A DNA stretch of 64,000 bases from Ruminococcus sp. GTDB lineage: Bacteria; Bacillota; Clostridia; Oscillospirales; Ruminococcaceae. The notes beneath the pieces are model-generated. The model saw only the letters and a list, made by a program, of their open reading frames with translations. It had not been told where the DNA came from and searched no databases. Of this stretch, positions 1-9,192 are shown in pieces. How positions within the stretch are numbered: the stretch's first letter is position 1; the number at the start of each line of letters is the position of its first letter. Location: the NCBI RefSeq assembly GCF_016287535.1, contig NZ_JAEFAJ010000003.1:1817-65816 (forward strand), in the 5' to 3' direction. The translations under genes and the position numbers were made by a program.

Positions 1-1
1 G

Positions 2-241
2 CTGCTGTGGACCTTCAAGGTTACGTGGCACTGGGCATATCACGGAACAATATTCTCTGACGGAGTCGCACAGTTCGCGTTCGGATTCTACAGCGTAATG
101 CTTACATCCACTATACTCGGCTTTGTTAGAATAATACTCTTCAAGCCACGATCATGGTGCGTATACTGTCCCATGGGAACAACGACACAGCTTATATGCA
201 AAGCGAAAAACGTGACAAAGTCACAGAACTCTGAAGAATAA
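2..241 (+). CDS. 3' end of a membrane 4Fe-4S binding protein (5'-partial)
   Basis: Frame 2 is open from the window edge to TAA at 239-241: hydrophobic helix followed by FKPRSWCVYCPMGT (CxxCP motif). Confidence 0.7.
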   Translation: MLWTFKVTWHWAYHGTIFSDGVAQFAFGFYSVMLTSTILGFVRIILFKPRSWCVYCPMGTTTQLICKAKNVTKSQNSEE

Positions 242-252
242 TAGTGTATAAT
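212..252 (+). promoter_or_regulatory. Crp/Fnr-type palindrome and -10 box of the thioredoxin promoter
   Basis: GTGAC-AAA-GTCAC at 212-224, TATAAT at 247-252, no recognisable -35; class II activator geometry. Confidence 0.55.
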
Positions 253-284
253 AAAGGAACAATAAACAGAAAGGAAGTATTGAT

Positions 285-593
285 ATGGCAGTTTTAAAGG
301 TAACTAAAGATAATTTTGCAGAGGTAAGTTCAAGTAAGAAGCCCGTTCTTCTGGACTTCTACGCAGACTGGTGTGGTCCGTGCAGGATGGTCTCCCCCCT
401 CGTGGACGAGATAGCCGAGGAGCACAGCGAGTACATTGTCGGCAAGATAAACGTAGACCGGCAAACGGAGCTTGCCGAAGCATTCGGAGTTTCAAGCATC
501 CCTATGCTGGTCGTAATGAAAAACGGACAAGTCACTGCACACGCTATCGGCGCACGTCCGAAATCGGCTATACTTGATATGTTAAAGGGTTAA
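285..593 (+). CDS. trxA: thioredoxin
   Basis: DFYADWCGPC active site, 102 aa, RBS AAAGGA. Confidence 0.95.
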   Translation: MAVLKVTKDNFAEVSSSKKPVLLDFYADWCGPCRMVSPLVDEIAEEHSEYIVGKINVDRQTELAEAFGVSSIPMLVVMKNGQVTAHAIGARPKSAILDMLKG

Positions 594-1244
594 TTCCCTC
601 AGACGCTTTCTGTCAAGTATCCTTACGCCCCCACGCGAGACCTCAACTATACCCTCGTTAGCGAAGTACTTCAGCATCCTGGAAACTACCTCCCTTGCCG
701 AGCCGATGTACTTCGCTATCTGCTCCTGTGAGAGCCGGATATTGTCAGACTCTATGCGAACAGCTTCATCATTAAGAAAAATAGCAAGCCGCTTGTCCAT
801 GCTCATGAAAAGTATCTGCTGCATTACCCACATAACGTCCGAAAAGCGAGAAACAGCCGTTTCAAGAGAGAATATCCTTATCTCGGGATTGCGCTCCGAG
901 ACCTGCTTGAATGCAGGTCCGCTTATGATACAGCACTCGCTTTCCTCCTCTGCGTCAATGATGACTTCAAAGGTTATGGACTTAAGTACACACGACGCCG
1001 AAAGCATACACATATCGCCGTTATGAAGGCGATAGAGAGTAGTATCCTTTCCGTCCTCGGACATTATATATACACGGAGACTTCCTCTGCGGACAAATAT
1101 CACTCCGGAGCATTCATTTCCGTTATGGAGATTTGTCCCCTTCTCAAAGGTTCGGATACCGGAGTTTTCGCAAATATACTCACGATCGGCAGCTGATATT
1201 TTGTCCCAGAACGGAAATAAACCACTATATATTTCTTCAAACAT
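582..1244 (-). CDS. Crp/Fnr family transcriptional regulator
   Basis: cNMP-binding beta-roll followed by HTH LSQEQIAKYIGSAREVVSRMLK. Confidence 0.92.
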   Translation of the reverse strand: MFEEIYSGLFPFWDKISAADREYICENSGIRTFEKGTNLHNGNECSGVIFVRRGSLRVYIMSEDGKDTTLYRLHNGDMCMLSASCVLKSITFEVIIDAEEESECCIISGPAFKQVSERNPEIRIFSLETAVSRFSDVMWVMQQILFMSMDKRLAIFLNDEAVRIESDNIRLSQEQIAKYIGSAREVVSRMLKYFANEGIVEVSRGGVRILDRKRLRELTL

Positions 1245-1271
1245 AAATCTTTCCTTTCGGAGGTAATTCTT

Positions 1272-2942
1272 ATGAAAACTTTGATTATAGGCGGTGTGGC
1301 AGGCGGAGCTTCCGCTGCTGCAAGACTTCGCCGCCTTAACGAAAACGATGAAATCATAATACTTGAACGCGGAGACTACGTCTCCTTTGCAAACTGCGGT
1401 CTGCCGTACTTTATAGGCGGTGACATAACCGACAGGAATATGCTGACATTACAGACTCCTGAGAGCTTCCGCAAACGCTTCAATATAGAGGTGCGTGTAC
1501 GCAATGAAGCTTTAAGGATATCTCCCGATACTCATATAGTTACTGTTCGCAGACTTGATACAGGAGAAGAATACACCGAGACTTATGACAAGTTGATACT
1601 CTCCCCCGGTGCTGAACCAATTTGTCCTGATATAAAAGGAATAGACAGTTCTCACGTGTTCACACTGAGGAATATCCCCGATACCATGAAGATAAAGGGT
1701 TATATAGAGAAATCCAAGCCAAAGAAGGCAGTAGTTGTGGGAGGCGGATACATCGGCGTAGAAATGGCTGAAAACCTTGCAAAGACAGGACTTGAAGTTT
1801 CAATAGTCGAACTTGCAGATCATCTTATAGCACCTCTTGATGCCGATATGGCTGCCGATGTTCACAGATATATAAGAAGTCGCGGTATAAAGCTGTATCT
1901 CGGCAACGGAGTTACGGAAATAGCCGATAATAAGGTCATTCTGCAAAATGGAGCAATAGAAGCCGATATGGTAATAATGTCAGTAGGTGTACGTCCCGAA
2001 ACTTCACTTGCAAAAGACTGCGGTATCACTCTTAACTGTCGCGGAAGCATCATTGTGAACAGCCATATGCAGACCAATTTACCCGATATTTACGCAGTCG
2101 GCGATGCTGTTGAAGTAAAAGATTACATTACAGGCTCACCCGCATTCATACCGCTTGCCGGTCCTGCCAACAAGCAGGGACGTATAGCCGCAGACAATAT
2201 AGCGAGTATACCGTCAGAGTACAAAGGTACTCAGGGCTCAGCCGTACTGAAGCTGTTTGATATGACAGTTGCTACAACAGGACTAAGCGAAAAGCGTGCA
2301 GCAGCCGAAGGTATAGACTACGACAAAACATATACCTATTCTGCTTCCCATGCTTCATATTATCCTGACGCGACTAATATGTCTGTAAAGGTGCTGTGGG
2401 ACAAGCAGACTTACAAGCTCATCGGCGCTCAGATAGTCGGCTTTGACGGCGTGGACAAGCGCATGGACGTACTTGCAGCGGCAATTCGCTTCGGCGCAAA
2501 AGTCACTGACCTGAAAGAGCTGGAGCTCTGCTATGCTCCGCCATTCGCAAGCGCAAAAGATCCTGTCAATATGGTCGGATTTGTAGCCGAAAATACAATA
2601 AACAGCACAGTTAAGCAGTTTTTCTGGCACGACGTTGAAAAACTCCCGCGTGACGGAAGTGTTACTCTCCTTGACGTAAGAACAAAAACAGAGATATCAA
2701 GAGGAATAATAGACGGATTTATCAATATCCCTCTTGATACTCTCCGCGATAACCTTGATAAACTGCCCAGGGACAAGCCCGTATATGTGCACTGTCACAG
2801 CGGTCTGCGCAGTTATATCGCCTGTCGTATCCTGACAGGAAACGGTTACGATTGCTATAACCTTGCAGGCGGCTGGAGGTTATATGAGACCGTTATAAAT
2901 GACCGTACTGTACCTGAATATATCTGTACCGAATGTAAATAA
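1272..2942 (+). CDS. cdr: CoA-disulfide/persulfide reductase with C-terminal rhodanese domain
   Basis: GGVAGG FAD motif, SFANCGLPY redox Cys, GGGYIG NAD motif, YAPPF, rhodanese VHCHSGLRS. Confidence 0.9.
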   Translation: MKTLIIGGVAGGASAAARLRRLNENDEIIILERGDYVSFANCGLPYFIGGDITDRNMLTLQTPESFRKRFNIEVRVRNEALRISPDTHIVTVRRLDTGEEYTETYDKLILSPGAEPICPDIKGIDSSHVFTLRNIPDTMKIKGYIEKSKPKKAVVVGGGYIGVEMAENLAKTGLEVSIVELADHLIAPLDADMAADVHRYIRSRGIKLYLGNGVTEIADNKVILQNGAIEADMVIMSVGVRPETSLAKDCGITLNCRGSIIVNSHMQTNLPDIYAVGDAVEVKDYITGSPAFIPLAGPANKQGRIAADNIASIPSEYKGTQGSAVLKLFDMTVATTGLSEKRAAAEGIDYDKTYTYSASHASYYPDATNMSVKVLWDKQTYKLIGAQIVGFDGVDKRMDVLAAAIRFGAKVTDLKELELCYAPPFASAKDPVNMVGFVAENTINSTVKQFFWHDVEKLPRDGSVTLLDVRTKTEISRGIIDGFINIPLDTLRDNLDKLPRDKPVYVHCHSGLRSYIACRILTGNGYDCYNLAGGWRLYETVINDRTVPEYICTECK

Positions 2943-2950
2943 TTGATATG

Positions 2951-2989
2951 TCACAGTTTGTCCCTTAATGGGGCAGGCTGTGATTTTTT
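2951..2989 (+). terminator. intrinsic terminator after cdr
   Basis: TCACAG...CTGTGA stem followed by a T-run. Confidence 0.6.
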
Positions 2990-3031
2990 GTGGTAAAACA
3001 AATCTTCTTTTGTAAATGTGCTAATTCAGAA

Positions 3032-3250
3032 TTATTCATGCAGAAAGAAAGCAACGATTCTGTTTACAACACGACTTACTATTCTTTCTTCAAAATAAGC
3101 CAATCCTATAACAGCTGCGATGGAGAGTACATTTGAAAGAATCCAACGTGATATAAAATAAACTATCAACGTAATAGCGATCGCACACAGTATGATCCAT
3201 GTAAACATGTTCGCCGCTACATATACATTTGCTTTATTATCAGGCTTCAT
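3032..3250 (-). CDS. small hypothetical membrane protein
   Basis: GAGGTG RBS precedes ATG at 3250 (MKPDNK...); two hydrophobic segments. Confidence 0.55.
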   Translation of the reverse strand: MKPDNKANVYVAANMFTWIILCAIAITLIVYFISRWILSNVLSIAAVIGLAYFEERIVSRVVNRIVAFFLHE

Positions 3251-3375
3251 TTCAATCACCTCGGGCACTACGTTACTACTTGATTCAGAAAACGCACGCC
3301 CTTTTCCTCTATACAGAATTATAACATATATAGGTACAACAGTCAATAAAAGCCTCCAGAGGGAGGCTGTAACTA

Positions 3376-3921
3376 TCATTCTGTCGTCAAATCTATAAAT
3401 GTAGGTTCATGCTTAGCTTCACGAACATATCTGAGCATATCATCTCGAAGCAATCGTACTGTTGATGTGTTGATACCGGGATGTCCGCAAATATACTCAT
3501 CCTTCATCAGCTCATTATCTATGACAAGCTGAATGTTGTTATCAGTGTCGAATATAAGCTCCAACGCTGATACAGAACCAGGGATAGTATGAAGATACTC
3601 CTGCATCTTGTCAGCTTCTGCAAACGAAAGACGAGCACAATTCAGCTGCGATGTAAGGAACTTAGTCTTGAAAGGCTTATCTCCCGGCATAAGCAGCATA
3701 TAAAAACTGGTCTTCTGACGGTTGCAAAGAAACAGGTTCTTGCATATCTTAGCACTGAGTACCTTCTCAATAGCCAGACAATCTTCCATAGTATCGGCGT
3801 GGTCATGGTCAGCACGCTTATATTCTATGCCGAGAGCATCAAGCTTATCGTATATAGCCATTTCTATGTCAGAACGCTGCTCGGTTGGTCTTCCTGTATA
3901 AAGTGTGTTATCAATATTCAT
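3376..3921 (-). CDS. YbaK/ProX family prolyl-tRNA editing protein
   Basis: ICKNLFLCNR, ARLSFA, PGSVS and GHPGINTST motifs; RBS AAGGAG. Confidence 0.85.
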   Translation of the reverse strand: MNIDNTLYTGRPTEQRSDIEMAIYDKLDALGIEYKRADHDHADTMEDCLAIEKVLSAKICKNLFLCNRQKTSFYMLLMPGDKPFKTKFLTSQLNCARLSFAEADKMQEYLHTIPGSVSALELIFDTDNNIQLVIDNELMKDEYICGHPGINTSTVRLLRDDMLRYVREAKHEPTFIDLTTE

Positions 3922-4032
3922 TTAAAAGCTCCTTTACTAGTTGTCACGCATAAGTAAAACTGTGATAATAATAATTACTATTTTACTAATTTCATTATAA
4001 CATACGCTCATAATTTGGTCAATAGTTTAAAC

Positions 4033-4055
4033 AAAAAGGCAGCCGCAAGGCTGCC
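4033..4055 (-). terminator. terminator after integrase remnant
   Basis: GGCAGCC stem with 4-nt loop and T5 on the minus strand. Confidence 0.6.
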
Positions 4056-4068
4056 AAATAATCACCAT

Positions 4069-4272
4069 TCATATATTCTTATCCTTATCTGATCCTTCAA
4101 TCAGCCTGTTAAAGTAGTCGTCTATCTTTTTATCGACCTGCTTACGCTCCTCCGAGAACGTATGCTGATATACAGATTTAAGCGTAGAATTCGTCGACCA
4201 CCCTCCCCTCTCCATCGCATACTTGTCAGGAATGTTAAGCATAAGCATAACACTCGCTGACAAGTGTCTGAA
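4069..4272 (-). pseudogene. C-terminal remnant of a phage tyrosine integrase
   Basis: RHLSASVM...ERGGWS...LKSVYQHTF is box II plus the catalytic Tyr region; everything upstream of the RH motif is missing. Confidence 0.8.
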
Positions 4273-4523
4273 CCCTCCGTTTGCACACTACTCAGAGATT
4301 ATCTCACATTTTTCCACAGTTACGCCACAACAAATCTGCCCAGAAATAAAAACATAGGATTACTGCAGCTATTATAATTCCTGCAACAACTAGTTTTTCA
4401 ACTGTATTCTCATCATTAACCAGTCTTTTCCTTTTTTTCATTTTTTTACATCCTTTTTAGTTTTTTTCTGATTATGTTAATGCAATACATCGATGTCAGG
4501 TATCAAATATCGAAAAGTATTAA

Positions 4524-6107
4524 TTAAACTGAGAGCTGTTCAAGAAAGATGATGTTGTCACGCTTGGCTATGTTGTTTTCTGCGAGTACAGCCACTTTTG
4601 CGGCTGTACTGCCGAATGACTTTTCTACAAGAGCATTAAGCGCCTTAAATGACTCACCTGTACTGACTATATCATCTACTATCAGGACACGTTTGTCTCT
4701 GATGAGATTTGTATCATCAGCGTCAAGATAGAATTCCTTCGCCATTTCACGCACGGAAGCAGTCTGATTTACTGACTTTCGTGCAACTATATATACTTTT
4801 CCGCTCTGTCTTGACATTTCATAAGCCAAAGGAATACCTTTTGATTCTGCTGTCAGAATAATATCGAAATCCGGAGACTTTTCAAGAAGCCGTTTTGAAT
4901 TCTCCACAGTAATATCCACGCTTCCGAACATAATACTGTCTGCGATACTGATTTTATCGCTGCTTGGACATTTCTTCAGCTTTCTATTAAGTTCTTCTAC
5001 CTTCCTATCATATTTTTCAGATGTTTCAGCAGCTTTCATAGCAAAATATCTGTTTCTAACAGCTCTTGTTTCCTGCATCGGCTCAGGTTCCTGTACAAGA
5101 AAGGTATATCCGTTTTCCTCTACTATCCTTTTTATGTCATATTCCATTTTGACAGGAATATCGAGTTCAATACACTTGTCGATAATATCCTTTATCCAGG
5201 CAAATTCCAGTGGTACAGCGTTCTCGCCTATTTCACTTCCGATTACTACCCAACTATTCCCCTTGCCGAAAGCCTTCACAAATTCCTCAAGGTGAACGGG
5301 CTCGATATATTCAAGCACAGGTTGATATACGACGCATGCTGTAACACGGCGGCTTTTTATCTTTCCGATAAGCTCAGAAATACGGTCGGTAACACTGTTT
5401 TTATCCACTGTACATGATATGACCACGTTTCTGATATCTGTATCTTCAGGTACAGAGCTAAGATCGATGCCCTTGGGACATTTCGTTACAAGCTGAAAGG
5501 TATCAGGGCACTTCCCTTTCCTGCGTTTCATCTCATTCGCAGCAATTATCTGTTCAAGTACATTTTCCTGCCATTCAGGAGCCCAGCAGCCGAAGTCTGA
5601 CATATAAGTCAGGAACCAGTCTATAGGTGTTTCACTCTCAATATTGAAAAGCTCGGGAATATCATTTCCATCAGCGTCCTTGAAAAGCTTATAAGGGCCG
5701 CGGAACTCGGGCTTTCTTAATCTGTCAGTGACTCCGAAATGGTCGAAGACCTTTTTGCTGAAGCAATAACGACAGTTTATACTACATCCTACAACAGGGC
5801 TGTATACCTTTGTGTTAAGATGTGTGTCATGATTAATATCATTAAGGATACGTTTCAGAGCCAACTGTTGATCATCATAGTAAACACGAACCCTGCGTAT
5901 CTGATCAAGCAGAGTAGGACTCAAGTTTTTGTATTCTTCAAGTTCTTCTCTAACGCTATAAACTTCGATTTTCATACGGTTATAGTCATATCCTTTGAAA
6001 TTCATGTAGAATATGTTCATAAGCCTGTTTACAATCTCAGGTTTGTCAAGAAACGTAGTTATACCCGCGGACGGGGCATTTGTATAGTAGTCTTCAATTC
6101 TCAGCAT
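4524..6107 (-). CDS. DUF5131 (phage Gp37/Gp68-like) radical-SAM-type domain fused to a purine phosphoribosyltransferase domain
   Basis: SPVVGC108-x3-C112-x2-C115, MSDF, FQLVTKCP, WVVIGSEIG, WIKDIIDKC are DUF5131-like; the C-terminal ~160 aa has TAESKGIPLA, VARKS and the PRPP motif VLIVDDIVSTGES. Confidence 0.75.
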   Translation of the reverse strand: MLRIEDYYTNAPSAGITTFLDKPEIVNRLMNIFYMNFKGYDYNRMKIEVYSVREELEEYKNLSPTLLDQIRRVRVYYDDQQLALKRILNDINHDTHLNTKVYSPVVGCSINCRYCFSKKVFDHFGVTDRLRKPEFRGPYKLFKDADGNDIPELFNIESETPIDWFLTYMSDFGCWAPEWQENVLEQIIAANEMKRRKGKCPDTFQLVTKCPKGIDLSSVPEDTDIRNVVISCTVDKNSVTDRISELIGKIKSRRVTACVVYQPVLEYIEPVHLEEFVKAFGKGNSWVVIGSEIGENAVPLEFAWIKDIIDKCIELDIPVKMEYDIKRIVEENGYTFLVQEPEPMQETRAVRNRYFAMKAAETSEKYDRKVEELNRKLKKCPSSDKISIADSIMFGSVDITVENSKRLLEKSPDFDIILTAESKGIPLAYEMSRQSGKVYIVARKSVNQTASVREMAKEFYLDADDTNLIRDKRVLIVDDIVSTGESFKALNALVEKSFGSTAAKVAVLAENNIAKRDNIIFLEQLSV

Positions 6108-6243
6108 TTAACATCGTGCCTTTCATAATTATATTTCTGTCTTTTTCATTATATGTCTAAAGACGGCTTATGAAATACAAGTTTTTCTAATTGCAGCAAT
6201 GTCATTTATTGTTGAAAATTGCACTTTAAGCCCCCCAATTATT

Positions 6244-6954
6244 TTATTTTTGGTTTCTCAACTCCTTCTTGTACTTGTAATAAGTATTATTTGACAATCC
6301 GATAAGTTTCATGCACTCCTTATCGGAAAGCGTACCCTCAAAATCCTTGCAATAGCGGATAATAAGAGGTTTGACGGTTTTGCTTTTCTTAGTTTCGTGA
6401 ACAGAACCCTTAACAGTACCTATCTGCTTGCCGTTGCTGCGAGCAGCCTCCATACCCTCACGAGTACGGCGGCTCATGTACATTATTGTTTTTTCGGACT
6501 GTTCAAATGCTTTGTAAATGTCCTGCTCGATCTTATTCATAATGAAGTGATCTATAGCTAACATAACGTCTTTTGAAGGTTTGTTAGCTGTTTGTTCTTC
6601 TGACAGGAACGAAAGCGGAATAACGCCATTAAGAGCTTCCCAGTATGCTTCGGTATCTATATGTCTTTCTCTGAGAAAGATTATCTTGATATTCCTGTAA
6701 ACAAGTTCTTTATAAAGAGAAAAAGCCTCCGCAGCATTTCTGCTCATTCTGCTAACACTGTCAAAGATAATAACGTCTTTTTTTCCGAGTTTACTGAACA
6801 GCTTATTCCATTCACTATAGGCAGATAACGATTCCGTATTATCTTCGCTGACGATTACAGCATCTGGGAAAGATTCCTTCATATTTTTTATCTGTCGTTC
6901 CATCGACTGTTTTCTTGTGTTAATACTACAGTAACCATATATCATATTTCTCAC
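6244..6954 (-). CDS. serine recombinase (resolvase family), catalytic residues substituted
   Basis: YGYCSINT..QSMERQ in place of YGYxRVST..Q; FDSVSRMSRN; C-terminal HTH LIGLSNNTYYKYKK. Confidence 0.85.
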   Translation of the reverse strand: MRNMIYGYCSINTRKQSMERQIKNMKESFPDAVIVSEDNTESLSAYSEWNKLFSKLGKKDVIIFDSVSRMSRNAAEAFSLYKELVYRNIKIIFLRERHIDTEAYWEALNGVIPLSFLSEEQTANKPSKDVMLAIDHFIMNKIEQDIYKAFEQSEKTIMYMSRRTREGMEAARSNGKQIGTVKGSVHETKKSKTVKPLIIRYCKDFEGTLSDKECMKLIGLSNNTYYKYKKELRNQK

Positions 6955-7086
6955 CTTTCTTTAATTCGTGAGATCTGCAATTTTTCACGAACTTCTTAAG
7001 TATTCAGAATTGTTTAAAGTAATTTATCATTAATAAGTATCCCATATATTGGTGACGGATACAAAAGTAACATTGGTATTATGCTC

Positions 7087-7192
7087 ACGTTATATCAAAT
7101 ATAACGTATCTTATAATTGATATTGACATTATATCATACGCTTTTTTGATTGTCAATGATTTTTGATAGAAAAAAAGAAAAACGTTATTTTT
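7087..7192. promoter_or_regulatory. putative res/operator sites of the resolvase
   Basis: Perfect inverted repeat ACGTTATAT-CAA-ATATAACGT at 7087-7107 and a further ACGTTAT half-site near 7182, upstream of the resolvase start. Confidence 0.45.
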
Positions 7193-7380
7193 AATAGAAT
7201 CGAATGATTATTTAACTCTGATTTCTACTCATTTGCTTAGTTATTCACATATTATTTAAATCAAGTGAAAAATAGATAATTATGATAACATGAATAAAAT
7301 AAAAATACCAATCACCAAGTAGATACATAACTTCTTGTCTGGTAAATGAGATCATATTCTCTATTCATTTCCGATGATAA

Positions 7381-7809
7381 TTGTTCAAGTCGGCGAAAGC
7401 TCAGAATCCGAACGCGAAGTGGGGTGGCGTCTTCGATGTGTTCATCCCGAAGGACGATGGCACAGAGTACGACGGCTATACCAAGCAGGCATTCAAGAGG
7501 TTCATCACCAGCGTTGAGCGCTCGAATCAGGGTTATCAGTGGGACTGGAACGAGAACTCCCTCAACGGCAAGACCTTCGGCGGAGTCTTCGGCAAGGAAC
7601 AGTTCGAGACGAAGGACGGCTCCCTCAAGTTCACAGTGAAGTGCCGCTTCCCGAGAAGCGTTGAATCAATCCGTTCCGGTAATTACTCGATACCGGAAGA
7701 CAAGCTCTACAACAAGCCGGTAACGGCGTCGACAGCTGACATGGGTTCAGCATACAACGACCTGAGCGGCTTCGAGACGATAAGTACTGACGGTCTTGTT
7801 CCCTTCTAA
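7381..7809 (+). pseudogene. 5'-truncated phage ssDNA-binding-like protein (DUF669-like)
   Basis: FKRFITSVERSN..W.W.E..L.GK..GGVFG.E and an acidic tail ending in PF; no RBS and an abrupt AT-rich to GC-richer transition at its 5' end. Confidence 0.55.
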
Positions 7810-7829
7810 GAAGGGGGCAGGCTCCAGTG

Positions 7830-8203
7830 AATATATCATTATACTCAGACGAATTAATTCGATATCAGAACTTCATCTCGAAGTTCAAGATAATCAAGGA
7901 ATCACGCGAGGAGCTCTTATAACTTTGCCTAAACCGCAAGGGCTTGTTATATGGGGTGCATCTTCTTCACTTTGGGGAACACAAACGCCTTATAAATCTT
8001 GGGAAATATCTGATACTAATAATATGACCGCTATACAGTTGCCAACTTCAACACAACCAAGATGTTTAACAGCTCTTGACCAAAGCAATAATGCAAGTGA
8101 AACATTTAGATATTCGCCTGATATGTCAGGAGATGCTGGTCTTGCCGCCGCTTCACTTACAATAACAGGAATTGATAATTTCTGGTATTATGATAATCCG
8201 TGA
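7830..8203 (+). pseudogene. fragment of a phage late (tail-region) gene, function uncertain
   Basis: Open frame without a credible start, immediately upstream of the holin; composition changes at about 7825. Confidence 0.35.
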
Positions 8204-8252
8204 ATAGTTAAAATGAGAGTTTTATCGTTCAGAAGAAAGGAGCTGAGAGTAT

Positions 8253-8636
8253 ATGCAGTATGTTATTATGCTGGTCATAGTCGCATGGCTCGCCATTGCT
8301 GACTTCATCACCGGTATGATCAAGGCTTACGTCACAGGAACGCTGAGCTCCTCCAAGATGCGGAAGGGCGGCGTCAACAAGGTCGGCGAGTTGGTGGTCA
8401 TGACTACCGGCTGCGGACTGGAAGCAGGTATCAAGGCTCTCGGCAAGTATTACGACACATCAACACAACTCGCTTCATTCGCAGGAACAGCCATAGCCTT
8501 ACTTGTCTTCAGCTACATACTTGTTATGGAGGTTATCTCTATTCTTGAGAACTACGCAGAGATCAATCCGGACGCTGCCGGGTGGATCACCAAGCTGCTG
8601 AAAAAGCTCAAGAGAAATACCGACAAGGAGGACTAA
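8253..8636 (+). CDS. phage holin family protein
   Basis: DFITGMIKA...SSKMRKG..NK...MEVISILEN signature, transmembrane helices, basic C-terminus, RBS AAGGAG. Confidence 0.88.
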   Translation: MQYVIMLVIVAWLAIADFITGMIKAYVTGTLSSSKMRKGGVNKVGELVVMTTGCGLEAGIKALGKYYDTSTQLASFAGTAIALLVFSYILVMEVISILENYAEINPDAAGWITKLLKKLKRNTDKED

Positions 8637-8638
8637 GT

Positions 8639-9166
8639 ATGAATTCACCTTATGAAGGTCGCTTCAAGATCACTCAGACGTTCAAGCAGGCTGCGCATGA
8701 CGGTCTCGATCTGGTAGGACTTGACTCGAAGGAGATCCACGCCACAGCAGCCGGAAAGATAGTGTTCGCAGGTTGGGAAAATGCTCAGAATCATAATCAG
8801 GGCTTCGGTCAGTACGTTGTTATTCTTGCAGGTGGTTGGTACTATCATTATGGTCACCTGTCTGAGATCAGGTGCAAGGTCGGACAGGAAGTGAAGGTCA
8901 CTGACGTCATCGGCATCGAGGGCTACACAGGCTACGTTATACCATCAGGACCGGGTGGAAGTCACTGCCACTACTGCATCAGGAAGTCAATGTCCCCGGG
9001 CACGTTCCTTGATGTGTGCTCTATCAGTGGCATACCGAACGTCGAGAACGGTGTCTATGACGACGGCTGGCGCTCAGGTCAGAAGCCGACAGAGAAGAAG
9101 AAGTCCGTCAAGGTCACGGTCGAGTATGACGATCATACCTTCAGCGGATTACTCGAAGAAATCTAG
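8639..9166 (+). CDS. M23 family peptidase (endolysin)
   Basis: HDGLD (HxxxD), YGHLS and SHCHY (HxH) motifs; RBS AGGAGG before ATG 8639. Confidence 0.85.
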   Translation: MNSPYEGRFKITQTFKQAAHDGLDLVGLDSKEIHATAAGKIVFAGWENAQNHNQGFGQYVVILAGGWYYHYGHLSEIRCKVGQEVKVTDVIGIEGYTGYVIPSGPGGSHCHYCIRKSMSPGTFLDVCSISGIPNVENGVYDDGWRSGQKPTEKKKSVKVTVEYDDHTFSGLLEEI

Positions 9167-9192
9167 ATACGCAATAGCTATCCTTTCATAAC

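Noticed and set aside
582-1271. crp as an invertible segment
   Set aside because: No inverted repeats seen at its ends, and the only nearby recombinases are truncated or catalytically substituted.
3922-4068. Expected left att site (duplicate of the tRNA-Ser 3' end) beyond the integrase remnant
   Set aside because: No copy of CGGACAGAGAGGGATTCG found here, so the left boundary remains unconfirmed.
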